A stretch of 64,000 nt of DNA from NCBI GenBank assembly GCA_050950765.1, contig JBMNIF010000002.1, positions 352,001 through 416,000 on the forward strand, in the 5' to 3' direction. The position numbers and the translations under genes were made by a program. The stretch comes from Bdellovibrionota bacterium. GTDB taxonomy: Bacteria; Bdellovibrionota_C; UBA2361; JAAYZI01. Position 1 is the first letter of the stretch, and every line of letters starts with the position of its first letter. The notes beneath the pieces are model-generated. The model was not told the DNA's origin. It saw nothing but the letters and a program-made list of their open reading frames with translations, and did not search any database. Positions 9,507 through 18,402 of this stretch are shown piece after piece.

Positions 9507-11495
9507 ATGAAAAATAAAGAACACGCTTCTTATTCAACTTCCCCGAAAAAACATCAGATCGTCTTTGCCATGTTAGTGGTGCTACTCATGGTAGGGTGGC
9601 TTTATGCCCCTTTTGTTAGTTCAGGTCTGCCATACTTTTATGATGAAGACGAGGGACATCACTTTAACCGTGTCGTCAATATGGTTCAGGAAGGAAGCTT
9701 TAATCCGAAGTACTTTCTTAAACCTTCACTCCATTTTTATCTACGTATGCCTGTAACTGCAGCTGCTTTCTTGCGGATTGCAAAAAAGGGAGAGATCTCA
9801 TCAATTCAGGAGATCCGAACTACTGATCCTTACGGCTTAGCAGGCATGTCGTTTACACCTTCACACCCCTTTATCGCTAAAGCTAATAGAGCGTTTAGTC
9901 TATTTATGACGTTGGCAGCGATAGCACTGGTTCTCTTAATCTCACTGGAGTTCACACCATCTCTACCTTGCGCCTGTTTTGCAGCGCTATTAACTTCGCT
10001 CTCTCCGACTCTAGCTGAACGCTCTGCCTTTATCGGTGTAGATGGTCCGATGATGTTGTTCTCTCTCTTAACAGTTTATCTCGCCATCTTACTGCAGAAA
10101 CGTTTTTCATATACGCTCTTAATCTTTTGTGCCATTAGTGCTGGCTTAACAGTCTCTACTAAATACAATGCTGCACCTATATTTTTACTTCCCTGTTTAG
10201 CACTCTTCTTAAGTGACAAACGACCTGCGTGGGGGGTTGCCTTATCAATAATACTCCCACCACTCGCCTTCTTAGCAGCAAGCCCCTTTATCTTAGTTTC
10301 AATTCCACTCTTTTTAGATCACGTTGGCTATGAGATGTGGCACTATAAAACAGGGCATATCGGGCACGAAGCGGAAGCTGGGCTAGCACAACTACTCTTT
10401 TATTCAAAATGGCTCTGGTCAGACGGCTGGAACATCATCCCCTTACTCTCCGTACTTGGATTTGGTTTTCTACTAAATAAGCAGCAATACAAAAGCACTC
10501 TAACGCTATCTTTCTTTCCTATTGTTTATACAACCTTAATGCTTATGCAGCGTGTTAATTTTACACGTAATCTAATTATAATTATTCCGTTTTTAGCTAT
10601 CTTTGCTAGTTGTGCTCTGTATTTGCTAATGAAGAGAGAGATGGAGAGAGAAAAAAAACACCGCTATCTCTGCCCACTTATAGCTATAATATTATCTTGC
10701 TATCCTTTATATCTAACACTAAACGCTCGCACAGAAGCGCTTCACGTAAAGGACTCCCGTACTGCTGCACACACTTGGCTATTAGAAAATAGCGCTAAAG
10801 ATAAGATGCAAGACACTGCTATCTCTGGCAGATTACAACTGCCACTATTTACAGCAACTACGAATCGCAAAAGATCTATCACACTTAAAGGAGTCGCTAG
10901 AATAGATGAGAAGCGTTCCGTTTATGACCTATACTTAGACGGTTTTGATAGGATCGTTTTTGGGCCTGAAAAAGTTTTATCAAAAGATGAAGAGAAGATA
11001 CTAGAGGTTGAAAAGATCTTTTCGGGAGACACCGCTCCCTTTAGGATTCCTCAAAATCCACAGATTCGTATCTTTAAATTTAACTCTGATCACACCACTA
11101 AAAACAGTATCAAAGATTTTGCTATTAACAATAATCTATTAAAAGAGATCTCTTTTCCAGATCTAAATCCCTCAACAGAAGATCAGGTCTGGCTTCAGAA
11201 CCGGTTATCAATTTTAAAACTAGACCTAAAAAAGTTTAAAAATACAGAAGACCTCGCGTTGGAGGTGCTGACACCTTGGCAAAATCAAACGGTCATCTTT
11301 AGACAAGGCACTTGGCAACAGGAATGCACACCTCAACAAGGCAAGTGGTCGCTCTGTAAGTTAAATCCGCCTCAATTTTTAGCAAAAAACGGTTTTCTAA
11401 GTTTAATTGTAGAACTCTCTGAAGTACACGCTCCCCTTGCTTACGATATCTCAAAAGATAACCGCCGCTTAGGAGTTGCCCTCAAAACACCGTAA
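9507..11495 (+). CDS. Polytopic GT-C glycosyltransferase (family 39/ArnT/PMT_2-like)
   Basis: DEDE after the first TM helix, P.YFLKPS, AGL.VSTKYNA, R.L..IIPFLA, many TM helices and a C-terminal soluble domain. Confidence 0.8.
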   Translation: MKNKEHASYSTSPKKHQIVFAMLVVLLMVGWLYAPFVSSGLPYFYDEDEGHHFNRVVNMVQEGSFNPKYFLKPSLHFYLRMPVTAAAFLRIAKKGEISSIQEIRTTDPYGLAGMSFTPSHPFIAKANRAFSLFMTLAAIALVLLISLEFTPSLPCACFAALLTSLSPTLAERSAFIGVDGPMMLFSLLTVYLAILLQKRFSYTLLIFCAISAGLTVSTKYNAAPIFLLPCLALFLSDKRPAWGVALSIILPPLAFLAASPFILVSIPLFLDHVGYEMWHYKTGHIGHEAEAGLAQLLFYSKWLWSDGWNIIPLLSVLGFGFLLNKQQYKSTLTLSFFPIVYTTLMLMQRVNFTRNLIIIIPFLAIFASCALYLLMKREMEREKKHRYLCPLIAIILSCYPLYLTLNARTEALHVKDSRTAAHTWLLENSAKDKMQDTAISGRLQLPLFTATTNRKRSITLKGVARIDEKRSVYDLYLDGFDRIVFGPEKVLSKDEEKILEVEKIFSGDTAPFRIPQNPQIRIFKFNSDHTTKNSIKDFAINNNLLKEISFPDLNPSTEDQVWLQNRLSILKLDLKKFKNTEDLALEVLTPWQNQTVIFRQGTWQQECTPQQGKWSLCKLNPPQFLAKNGFLSLIVELSEVHAPLAYDISKDNRRLGVALKTP

Positions 11496-11575
11496 GTCTC
11501 TGTAAAAACATACCCTACTAAGGGTTTTAAAAGGGGTGTTTTTAACATAAAACAGTTAAAGATTTTCCCAAGATA

Positions 11576-11604
11576 TTGACGGCAGAAACATCCCAGACTA
11601 ATCT
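11576..11604 (+). promoter_or_regulatory. Putative sigma70 promoter for hldD
   Basis: TTGACG-17 nt-TAATCT, 36 nt upstream of the ATG. Confidence 0.45.
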
Positions 11605-11640
11605 GTCACCTACTGTTTAATACGGATAGAGAGGATTACA

Positions 11641-12627
11641 ATGTACATTATTACAGGTGGTGCCGGTTTTATCGGCAGTGTTTTTTTAGGCAGACTTAAT
11701 GCAGAAGGGATTGAAGATATCCTTGTAGTGGATAATCTCAGCACCTCATCAAAGTGGAAGAATCTAACAAATAAATTTTTCTTAGATTATATCCATAAAG
11801 ACGAATTTTTAGATCTGATTGAGTCAGACTCAATCCCTGGAGTGTCTTCTCCAAAAGATATCCAAGCCATTATCCATTTAGGTGCATGTTCAACAACAAC
11901 CGAAGAAGATATGGACTATCTGGTCTATAACAACGTTCGTTATAGCCAAGCTTTGGCAGCTTTCGCCCTTGAAAATAAGATCCGCTTTATCTATGCCAGT
12001 AGTGCGGCGACCTACGGTGCGGGAGAACGGGGATATCTCGATAATGAAGATGCTATCAGATCTCTACGCCCACTTAACCGCTACGGCTACTCCAAGCACA
12101 TCTTTGATCTATGGTGCCAACGCAACGATTTTTCTAAGTACTTTGCCGGATTGAAGTTTTTTAACGTTTATGGTCCAAACGAATACCACAAAGATGGACA
12201 ATTTAGTGGAGTTTACCGTTCATTCTTACAAACACGTGAAAGTTCCACCATTAAACTTTTTAAATCAGCTAACAGTGAATACGACGACGGTGAGCAGAAA
12301 CGAGACTTCGTCTATGTTAAAGATTGCGCTGATATTATCTTGTGGTTAATTAGAAACCCTTCTGTCACAGGCATTTACAATGTCGGTTCAGGCAAGGCTA
12401 AATCTTGGAACGATCTTGCCCGAGCTGTTTTTAGTGCTCTCGGCATGGCAGAAAAGATAGAATATATTGAGATGCCCGACGGTTTACGTAAGCAATATCA
12501 ATATTTTACAGAAGCAAATATCGATAAATTACGTGCTGCTGGCTACTCAACTCCGATGACGAGCCTTGAAGATGGCGTTAGAGATTACGTTCTTAACTAT
12601 TTAAGTAACGATTTCAGATACTTTTAA
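11641..12627 (+). CDS. hldD: ADP-L-glycero-D-manno-heptose 6-epimerase
   Basis: TGGAGFIGS, HLGACSTT, YASSAATYG, PLN.YGYSK, FFNVYGPNEYHK, RDFVYVKD, YQYFTEA motifs. Confidence 0.95.
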   Translation: MYIITGGAGFIGSVFLGRLNAEGIEDILVVDNLSTSSKWKNLTNKFFLDYIHKDEFLDLIESDSIPGVSSPKDIQAIIHLGACSTTTEEDMDYLVYNNVRYSQALAAFALENKIRFIYASSAATYGAGERGYLDNEDAIRSLRPLNRYGYSKHIFDLWCQRNDFSKYFAGLKFFNVYGPNEYHKDGQFSGVYRSFLQTRESSTIKLFKSANSEYDDGEQKRDFVYVKDCADIILWLIRNPSVTGIYNVGSGKAKSWNDLARAVFSALGMAEKIEYIEMPDGLRKQYQYFTEANIDKLRAAGYSTPMTSLEDGVRDYVLNYLSNDFRYF

Positions 12628-12783
12628 CGTTATTTAGAAAGATAGCGGACAATTTTCTTTTATTAAAAAAAGGGCACACCGCTCCCCTTTCTCGGATCTA
12701 GTCTTCGTAGAGGGTTGCTTTTTTTAAGGCGACCCGCTATAAGACTCAACTCACATTGAGTGTATTTTAAGTGAAGAAATAAG

Positions 12784-12945
12784 ATGAAACCTACATTTAA
12801 TCCAGGAAATAAGTCTCGTAGATGTCAGCACGGCTTTCGTAAACGTATGAGTAGTGCCGGTGGTCGTAAAGTTTTAAATGCTCGTCGTGCTAAAGGACGT
12901 CACACTATTGCAGTATCAACACCCCGTAAAGGGCACTATCGCTAA
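12784..12945 (+). CDS. rpmH: 50S ribosomal protein L34 (53 aa)
   Basis: Hand translation MKPTFNPGNKSRRCQHGFRKRMSSAGGRKVLNARRAKGRHTIAVSTPRKGHYR; immediately upstream of rnpA; below the ORF-track cutoff. Confidence 0.95.
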   Translation: MKPTFNPGNKSRRCQHGFRKRMSSAGGRKVLNARRAKGRHTIAVSTPRKGHYR

Positions 12946-12989
12946 GTTTTATACCTGAAGTCCCCCTTTACTTGAGTAGTGTTATACAT

Positions 12990-13016
12990 TAGCTACGAGT
13001 TGTGCTCTCGTAGCTA
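12990..13016 (+). other. Perfect 10-bp hairpin between rpmH and rnpA
   Basis: TAGCTACGAG-ttgtgct-CTCGTAGCTA. Confidence 0.6.
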
Positions 13017-13034
13017 TAGTTCATTTTAGACGTC

Positions 13035-13442
13035 ATGTCGAAGAGTTCAACACATCACGACTCCTCAAGGTTTCGATACAAACCTGAATTCCGTTTTAAA
13101 AAAAGATCTGACTTTGCAAGGATGGAACGAGCTGATGTTCGTTTGCATACTCGACCATTTCTATTGGTTGTAGCCCCCTCTCCTACCTCTGAAAGCCGTC
13201 TGGGGATTATTATTACTAAACGAATTGATAAGCGCGCAGTTGTCAGAAACAGAATTCGGCGTAGAGTTCGTGAGATATTTCGACATTATAGAGCAGATTT
13301 AAAACAACCTCTGGATATCCTTGTCATAGCACGTAAAGCAGCGCTCTCCTGCCCTTTTAGTGTTATGCAAAGACAAACTGTTGCTGCATTAAGGCGACAC
13401 GGATATCTATCTTCCGACTTCCGACAAAACTTCCGAGAGTAA
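13035..13442 (+). CDS. rnpA: Ribonuclease P protein component
   Basis: RLGIIITKRI.KRAVVRNRIRRRVREIFR (RNR motif) and conserved synteny. Confidence 0.95.
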   Translation: MSKSSTHHDSSRFRYKPEFRFKKRSDFARMERADVRLHTRPFLLVVAPSPTSESRLGIIITKRIDKRAVVRNRIRRRVREIFRHYRADLKQPLDILVIARKAALSCPFSVMQRQTVAALRRHGYLSSDFRQNFRE

Positions 13443-13463
13443 GGAAAAACAAAAGCTTTAATT

Positions 13464-13685
13464 ATGCGAAAACTGCTACTGAAGTTAATTCGGTTACTAC
13501 ATAAGGGATACAAAACTTTTATCTCTCCACTATTTGGAGATGCCTGCCGCTTTAACCCCTCCTGTTCAGATTATGCAGTAGAGGCTATTGAAAAATATGG
13601 GCTTTTTAAGGGCTCTTGGCTTGCTATTAAGCGCATAATTCGGTGTAATCCCTTCTGCGATGGCGGAGATGATCCTGTACCTTAA
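13464..13685 (+). CDS. yidD: Membrane protein insertion efficiency factor
   Basis: ISPL...CRF.PSCS.YA.EAI.KYG..KG.WL..KRI.RCNPF..GG.DPVP. Confidence 0.95.
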   Translation: MRKLLLKLIRLLHKGYKTFISPLFGDACRFNPSCSDYAVEAIEKYGLFKGSWLAIKRIIRCNPFCDGGDDPVP

Positions 13686-13899
13686 AGGCTATCATCGAAA
13701 GAGTTTTGTATGACGCATATTTTTGTGACCTCTCCGAAACGATAAACGATAAATAGAAGCGGTGTTTTATGCAGCTGCATTCTAATTTTTCACAAGCGAT
13801 GTTATAAGATATTCGGCTTTTGCTCTCCTTCTTCACCTTGCATAAATCGAAACGGTGTCTGGGGAGAGGGACGCTTTACTTTTTTGGAGCATTATATCA

Positions 13900-15615
13900 A
13901 TGGATGACAACAGCAACAGGACTGCACTAGCTGTACTATTATCATTTATGGTGATCTTTTTCTATTATAGACAACAAGATCTGAAGAGAACTGAAGTACA
14001 CACAACACCACAGCAGCAGACTTCAACCACACTACCATCTCAACACCCTGCCGCCCCTTCTCCCTTTGAAGTACCTCCACAACCAGAGATAGAGACGACA
14101 CAACTCAAACAACCTGAAATTAAGCACTTTTTAGAAAGTTCAAAGACCGTTGTAAAAACCGCTAACGTCGAAGTTGAGATCAGCCACCTTGGAGCAAGAC
14201 TTATCAGTTATAAGTTGAACCATTACAAGACAACCGTAAAAGGTACAGATCCTCTCAACATGATCGATAAAGATAACCCTATCCCTCCTTTGGGGGTTTA
14301 TTTCGGTAATATTAACGATAGCACGGCACAATATACCCTAAGTAGTTATACAGATGGCGTGCAACAAAGTGGAGGTGTTTTTACACTACAAGGAGATCAG
14401 AAGCTTTCTCTTAATTTTACAGCTACACTTTCAAACGGTGCAGTCATTACAAAAACTTTGATTTTTTCAAATACCAACTATTATTTTAATGTTAACGTTG
14501 AAGTCTCAAGTTCAACGGAAAATATTTCAAATATCTGGTTGGAATGGACCTCCTTTATCCCTGAAGGAACAAAAGAAGAAAATTGGAATCAAAAAGTATA
14601 TACCTTGTTTTCGCAAGATGAAGACCGAGAGATCGTCACAATAAGAAGCTTACAACCGAATTTTAAAACCTATATGACGAAGTGGTCAGCTTTCGGTGAT
14701 AACTATTTTTTAAACGCCATTATTCCAACTATTCAAGGTCAAAATACTATGCTAGCAGCAAGGAGCGGTTCTGGAACACTCCTATTTAACCGTGTGGCGG
14801 GAGATAAGGGCTCTGCCCAATTTGATATCTATGCTGGTCCAAAACGGGTAGATACCCTCAGTGTCAAACCGTACAAGTTGGAGAGTAGTATTGATTTAGG
14901 ACGCTTGGCATTTATCGGACAACCGATCTTACTTATACTTAAGCTCTTTTACGAACTCCTCGGTAATTACGGTTTAGCTATCGTTTTACTAACCCTTATT
15001 ATAAAAACACTTCTTCTACCCCTAAACGCCAAGAGTTTTCAATCTATGCGAGCGATGCAAGATTTGAAGCCGGAGATGGATGCTCTTAGAGCGCGGATAC
15101 AAGATCCTAATCAACTAAACCAAGAAGTTTTGGCTCTTTACAAACGTAAAGGCGTAAATCCTATGGGTGGGTGTCTTCCGATGCTAATCCAACTCCCCAT
15201 ATTTTTAGGGATGTATAACGCCTTAAGAACATCTTTTGATTTAAGACACGAACCGTTTACACTCTGGATTGATGACCTTGCAGCACCGGAAAGTTTACCG
15301 ATCTTTGGAATTAATGTTCCTGTTATGATCCTCGTTATGGGTGTAACGATGTTTATTCAACAACTCACAACCCCCTCTGCTGGTGCTTCACCGGAACAAC
15401 GTAAGGTTATGTTATTTATGCCGATCATGTTTACCGTTATGTTTTTAATCTGGCCCTTTCCATCAGGCTTAGTGTTGTATTGGTTGGTAAATAATTTCAT
15501 CTCTATCATTCAACAGGTTGCGCTCAGATCTGAAGGTAAAATCACCCCGCTACAAATAACTTTCGTGGGCTCTGCTGCTATCTTCGGATTGTGTTACGTT
15601 TTAACCTTGCTCTAA
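13900..15615 (+). CDS. yidC: Membrane protein insertase YidC
   Basis: N-terminal TM, periplasmic domain, GNYGLAIVLLT, NPMGGCLPMLIQLPIF, WIDDL, PSGLVLYW; GGAG RBS before the ATG at 13900. Confidence 0.95.
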   Translation: MDDNSNRTALAVLLSFMVIFFYYRQQDLKRTEVHTTPQQQTSTTLPSQHPAAPSPFEVPPQPEIETTQLKQPEIKHFLESSKTVVKTANVEVEISHLGARLISYKLNHYKTTVKGTDPLNMIDKDNPIPPLGVYFGNINDSTAQYTLSSYTDGVQQSGGVFTLQGDQKLSLNFTATLSNGAVITKTLIFSNTNYYFNVNVEVSSSTENISNIWLEWTSFIPEGTKEENWNQKVYTLFSQDEDREIVTIRSLQPNFKTYMTKWSAFGDNYFLNAIIPTIQGQNTMLAARSGSGTLLFNRVAGDKGSAQFDIYAGPKRVDTLSVKPYKLESSIDLGRLAFIGQPILLILKLFYELLGNYGLAIVLLTLIIKTLLLPLNAKSFQSMRAMQDLKPEMDALRARIQDPNQLNQEVLALYKRKGVNPMGGCLPMLIQLPIFLGMYNALRTSFDLRHEPFTLWIDDLAAPESLPIFGINVPVMILVMGVTMFIQQLTTPSAGASPEQRKVMLFMPIMFTVMFLIWPFPSGLVLYWLVNNFISIIQQVALRSEGKITPLQITFVGSAAIFGLCYVLTLL

Positions 15616-15622
15616 TTTTTCC

Positions 15623-17008
15623 ATGATAGGAAACACTACCATAGCAGCACTGGCTACCGCCCCGACTCCAGCGGGGCTGGCAGTGCTACGTGTTAGTGGT
15701 CCAAACGCTCTTTCTCTTCTGAAGCGGTGCTTTAGATCTAAAACAGATCCTGCTCTTCATCCAAGACACTTGATTTTAGGATCTTTTATTGACCCCAAAA
15801 CAGGTGAAAAGCTTGATCGCTGTCTTGCAGTTTTTATGAAAGCCCCTCGAACCTTTACGGGAGAAGATGTAGTTGAGTTTCAGTTGCACGGTAGCCCTCT
15901 TCTAGCGCGTCGTTTATTACACGTCTTGTATACTGAAGGTGCCGTTCCTGCTGCTGCCGGAGAGTTCACTAAACGCGCTTTTTTAAATGGTAAGATTGAT
16001 CTGCTGCAAGCGGAAGGTATCAGCGATATGATTAACGCCTCTTGCGTACGTGCACAACGAGCAGCAAAAGAACAGCTAGCAGGTCGCTTCAGTAACATCA
16101 TTACAGACTTAGCGAATCCGTTGCGTGATATTCTGGCGGAGTTGGAGGCAAGGATAGATTTTCCGGAAGAAGATATTGAACATGAAATCATCGATCATAT
16201 TCGCAACGAACTTACTACCGTGATGGGATCTATTACAACATTTTTGCACAGTTATACTTACGGCAAACAGTTAAAGGAGGGCGTGCGCGTTTTACTCTGG
16301 GGCTGCCCTAACGCCGGTAAGTCCAGCATCTTAAACTTACTACTAAATGAAGAACGTGCCATTGTTACACCTATCCCCGGTACCACACGCGATCTGATAG
16401 AAGAATCAGGTCAGATTGACGGTTACTCTTTTATTTTTTGCGATAGCGCTGGTATTCAAGACACAAGCGATCAAGTTGAAGAGATCGGAGTGAAACGTGC
16501 CATCTCTCGTTTAAAATGGGCAGATATTATCTTATTTATCGTTGATTGCAGTGATACCACAGGTGCATGGAAACGACTCCTTTCTATTCTACAAGAAACA
16601 GATCTTACGCAAGGGACGAAAGTTTACGCCGTTTTAAATAAAATTGATCTCCCTCATCAAACCATTCGATTTGATGATATCGGTCTTATTTCAAAAGAGC
16701 TTCATCTCTCTGCAAAGACCGGCGTGGGGTTTGAGGAGCTAAAAGAAACTTTGTTGCAGAGCATTAAAAATCCAGATCAAAGTGAAGATTCAACTTTTGC
16801 TCTTACGGAAGAGCGACATAAGGTGTGCTTAGAACGCGCTCTAGCAGCACTTAATAGAACCGATCAACTTTTAGGAACAGAAACTCCCCTTGAATTTATC
16901 TGCGCAGAGGTGCGCTCCGCACTTAGCGCTTTAGAAGAGTTGATCGGCATTACCACTCCTGATGATATTTTAGGGAGAATTTTTAGTAAATTTTGTATCG
17001 GAAAATAA
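15623..17008 (+). CDS. mnmE: tRNA modification GTPase MnmE/TrmE
   Basis: TIAALAT, FTGEDVVE, GEFTKRAFLNGK, G.PNAGKSS, PGTTRD, C-terminal FCIGK. Confidence 0.96.
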   Translation: MIGNTTIAALATAPTPAGLAVLRVSGPNALSLLKRCFRSKTDPALHPRHLILGSFIDPKTGEKLDRCLAVFMKAPRTFTGEDVVEFQLHGSPLLARRLLHVLYTEGAVPAAAGEFTKRAFLNGKIDLLQAEGISDMINASCVRAQRAAKEQLAGRFSNIITDLANPLRDILAELEARIDFPEEDIEHEIIDHIRNELTTVMGSITTFLHSYTYGKQLKEGVRVLLWGCPNAGKSSILNLLLNEERAIVTPIPGTTRDLIEESGQIDGYSFIFCDSAGIQDTSDQVEEIGVKRAISRLKWADIILFIVDCSDTTGAWKRLLSILQETDLTQGTKVYAVLNKIDLPHQTIRFDDIGLISKELHLSAKTGVGFEELKETLLQSIKNPDQSEDSTFALTEERHKVCLERALAALNRTDQLLGTETPLEFICAEVRSALSALEELIGITTPDDILGRIFSKFCIGK

Positions 17009-17076
17009 CGGTATTTTTAAGAATCGTTTATGCTGCTAGATTCAAAATAATTACACAAAAGTAGTGAGAATAATTT

Positions 17077-18294
17077 ATGATAAAATACCCGAAGCTACGT
17101 TGGCCCTTAGACACACAATTTCAAAAGATTAACGATCAAGAGGTCTTAATTTTACGTTGTCCCCTCGCTATCGGAACACCACTTTTTCTCAAAGCTGCTC
17201 TAGCACCTATTCTTGCCTCTTTTGACGGCAAGACTTCACTTGAGGAGATCGTTAATAAGTTTTCACAGTACGGCATCACACCAAGTTTTATATCGGAGAT
17301 CCTTCAAATTTTAGATAATGCTTTACTTTTAGATAATGAAAAATTTCATGAGGCAGATCTGCGTCGCCGTAAAGAATTCCACGAGAGCCCCATCCGCAAA
17401 GCAGCCTTAGCTGGTGCAGTTTATCCAGAATCAAAAAAGGCTTTGCAGGAGACACTCGATAAGTATCTTTCTTACGGCGCATCAGAAAAAACAGATCAAA
17501 ACTTAATAGCTCTACTTGCTCCGCATATAGATTATGCTAGAGGCGGAAAGTGTTACGGCATAACTTATAATAGGCTACGCCCTCAGGAGCACGATCTATA
17601 TATTATACTCGGTATCTGCCACGCTTATAGTCCACACGCTTTTCATCTGTGTAATAAAGGTTTTGAAACTCCGCTCGGCACTCAAGCTTGTGATCATGAA
17701 TTCATAGAACGTCTTGCTAAAAGATATGGGGAAGAGCTCGCCTTTAGTGATGAGATCTTACACTCAACTGAACACTCCATTGAATTACAAATTCCGTTTA
17801 TCTCTCGTTTACATCCCAAGACACCACTAGTGCCGATCTTAACAGGTAGTTTCCATTATGCACTAACACAAGGTTTCGCTGATCAGGTTCTGACACACTA
17901 TGACGCTTTTGTAGCAGCACTAGCGCTGTGTTTACAGGAAGAGATCTCAAAAGGAAAAAAGATCTGCATTATCGCCGCTGTTGATATGTCTCATATCGGA
18001 CAAAATTTCGGTGATACAGCAGCGCTTACTCCGAATTTCTTACAAGATATCGCTCATTACGATGCGCAATACTTGGATGCCATCTACAATCAAGATAAGT
18101 CTGCTCTTTTAGAACACATAAAAAAATACGATGAAATGTGCCGAATTTGTGGCTTCCCCGCAGTTTATACAACGTTAGATCTTCTGGATAGATTAAACAT
18201 CAAAACATCTGGAGAAGTACTCTCTTATGATCAAGCGGTAGACTATAAAACAGATTGCGCCGTAACCTTTGCAGGTATGGCGTTATACGCTTAA
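17077..18294 (+). CDS. amrB: AmmeMemoRadiSam system protein B (MEMO1 family) with N-terminal extension
   Basis: R.AALAG..YP, APHIDY.RGG, EHSIELQIPF, AVDMSHIG, ICG motifs. Confidence 0.85.
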   Translation: MIKYPKLRWPLDTQFQKINDQEVLILRCPLAIGTPLFLKAALAPILASFDGKTSLEEIVNKFSQYGITPSFISEILQILDNALLLDNEKFHEADLRRRKEFHESPIRKAALAGAVYPESKKALQETLDKYLSYGASEKTDQNLIALLAPHIDYARGGKCYGITYNRLRPQEHDLYIILGICHAYSPHAFHLCNKGFETPLGTQACDHEFIERLAKRYGEELAFSDEILHSTEHSIELQIPFISRLHPKTPLVPILTGSFHYALTQGFADQVLTHYDAFVAALALCLQEEISKGKKICIIAAVDMSHIGQNFGDTAALTPNFLQDIAHYDAQYLDAIYNQDKSALLEHIKKYDEMCRICGFPAVYTTLDLLDRLNIKTSGEVLSYDQAVDYKTDCAVTFAGMALYA

Positions 18295-18402
18295 CCTATT
18301 TTTTGTTTGCCCCAGAAAGATTAAATTGCGCTTAATAGTCTTAAGGTCATTAAATAAAATGTAATCTCTTAAGCGCCGTAATCTCCAAGAAAGAGATGGT
18401 GT

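Noticed and set aside
12630..12783. oriC next to rpmH
   Set aside because: No dnaA and no TTATCCACA cluster seen.
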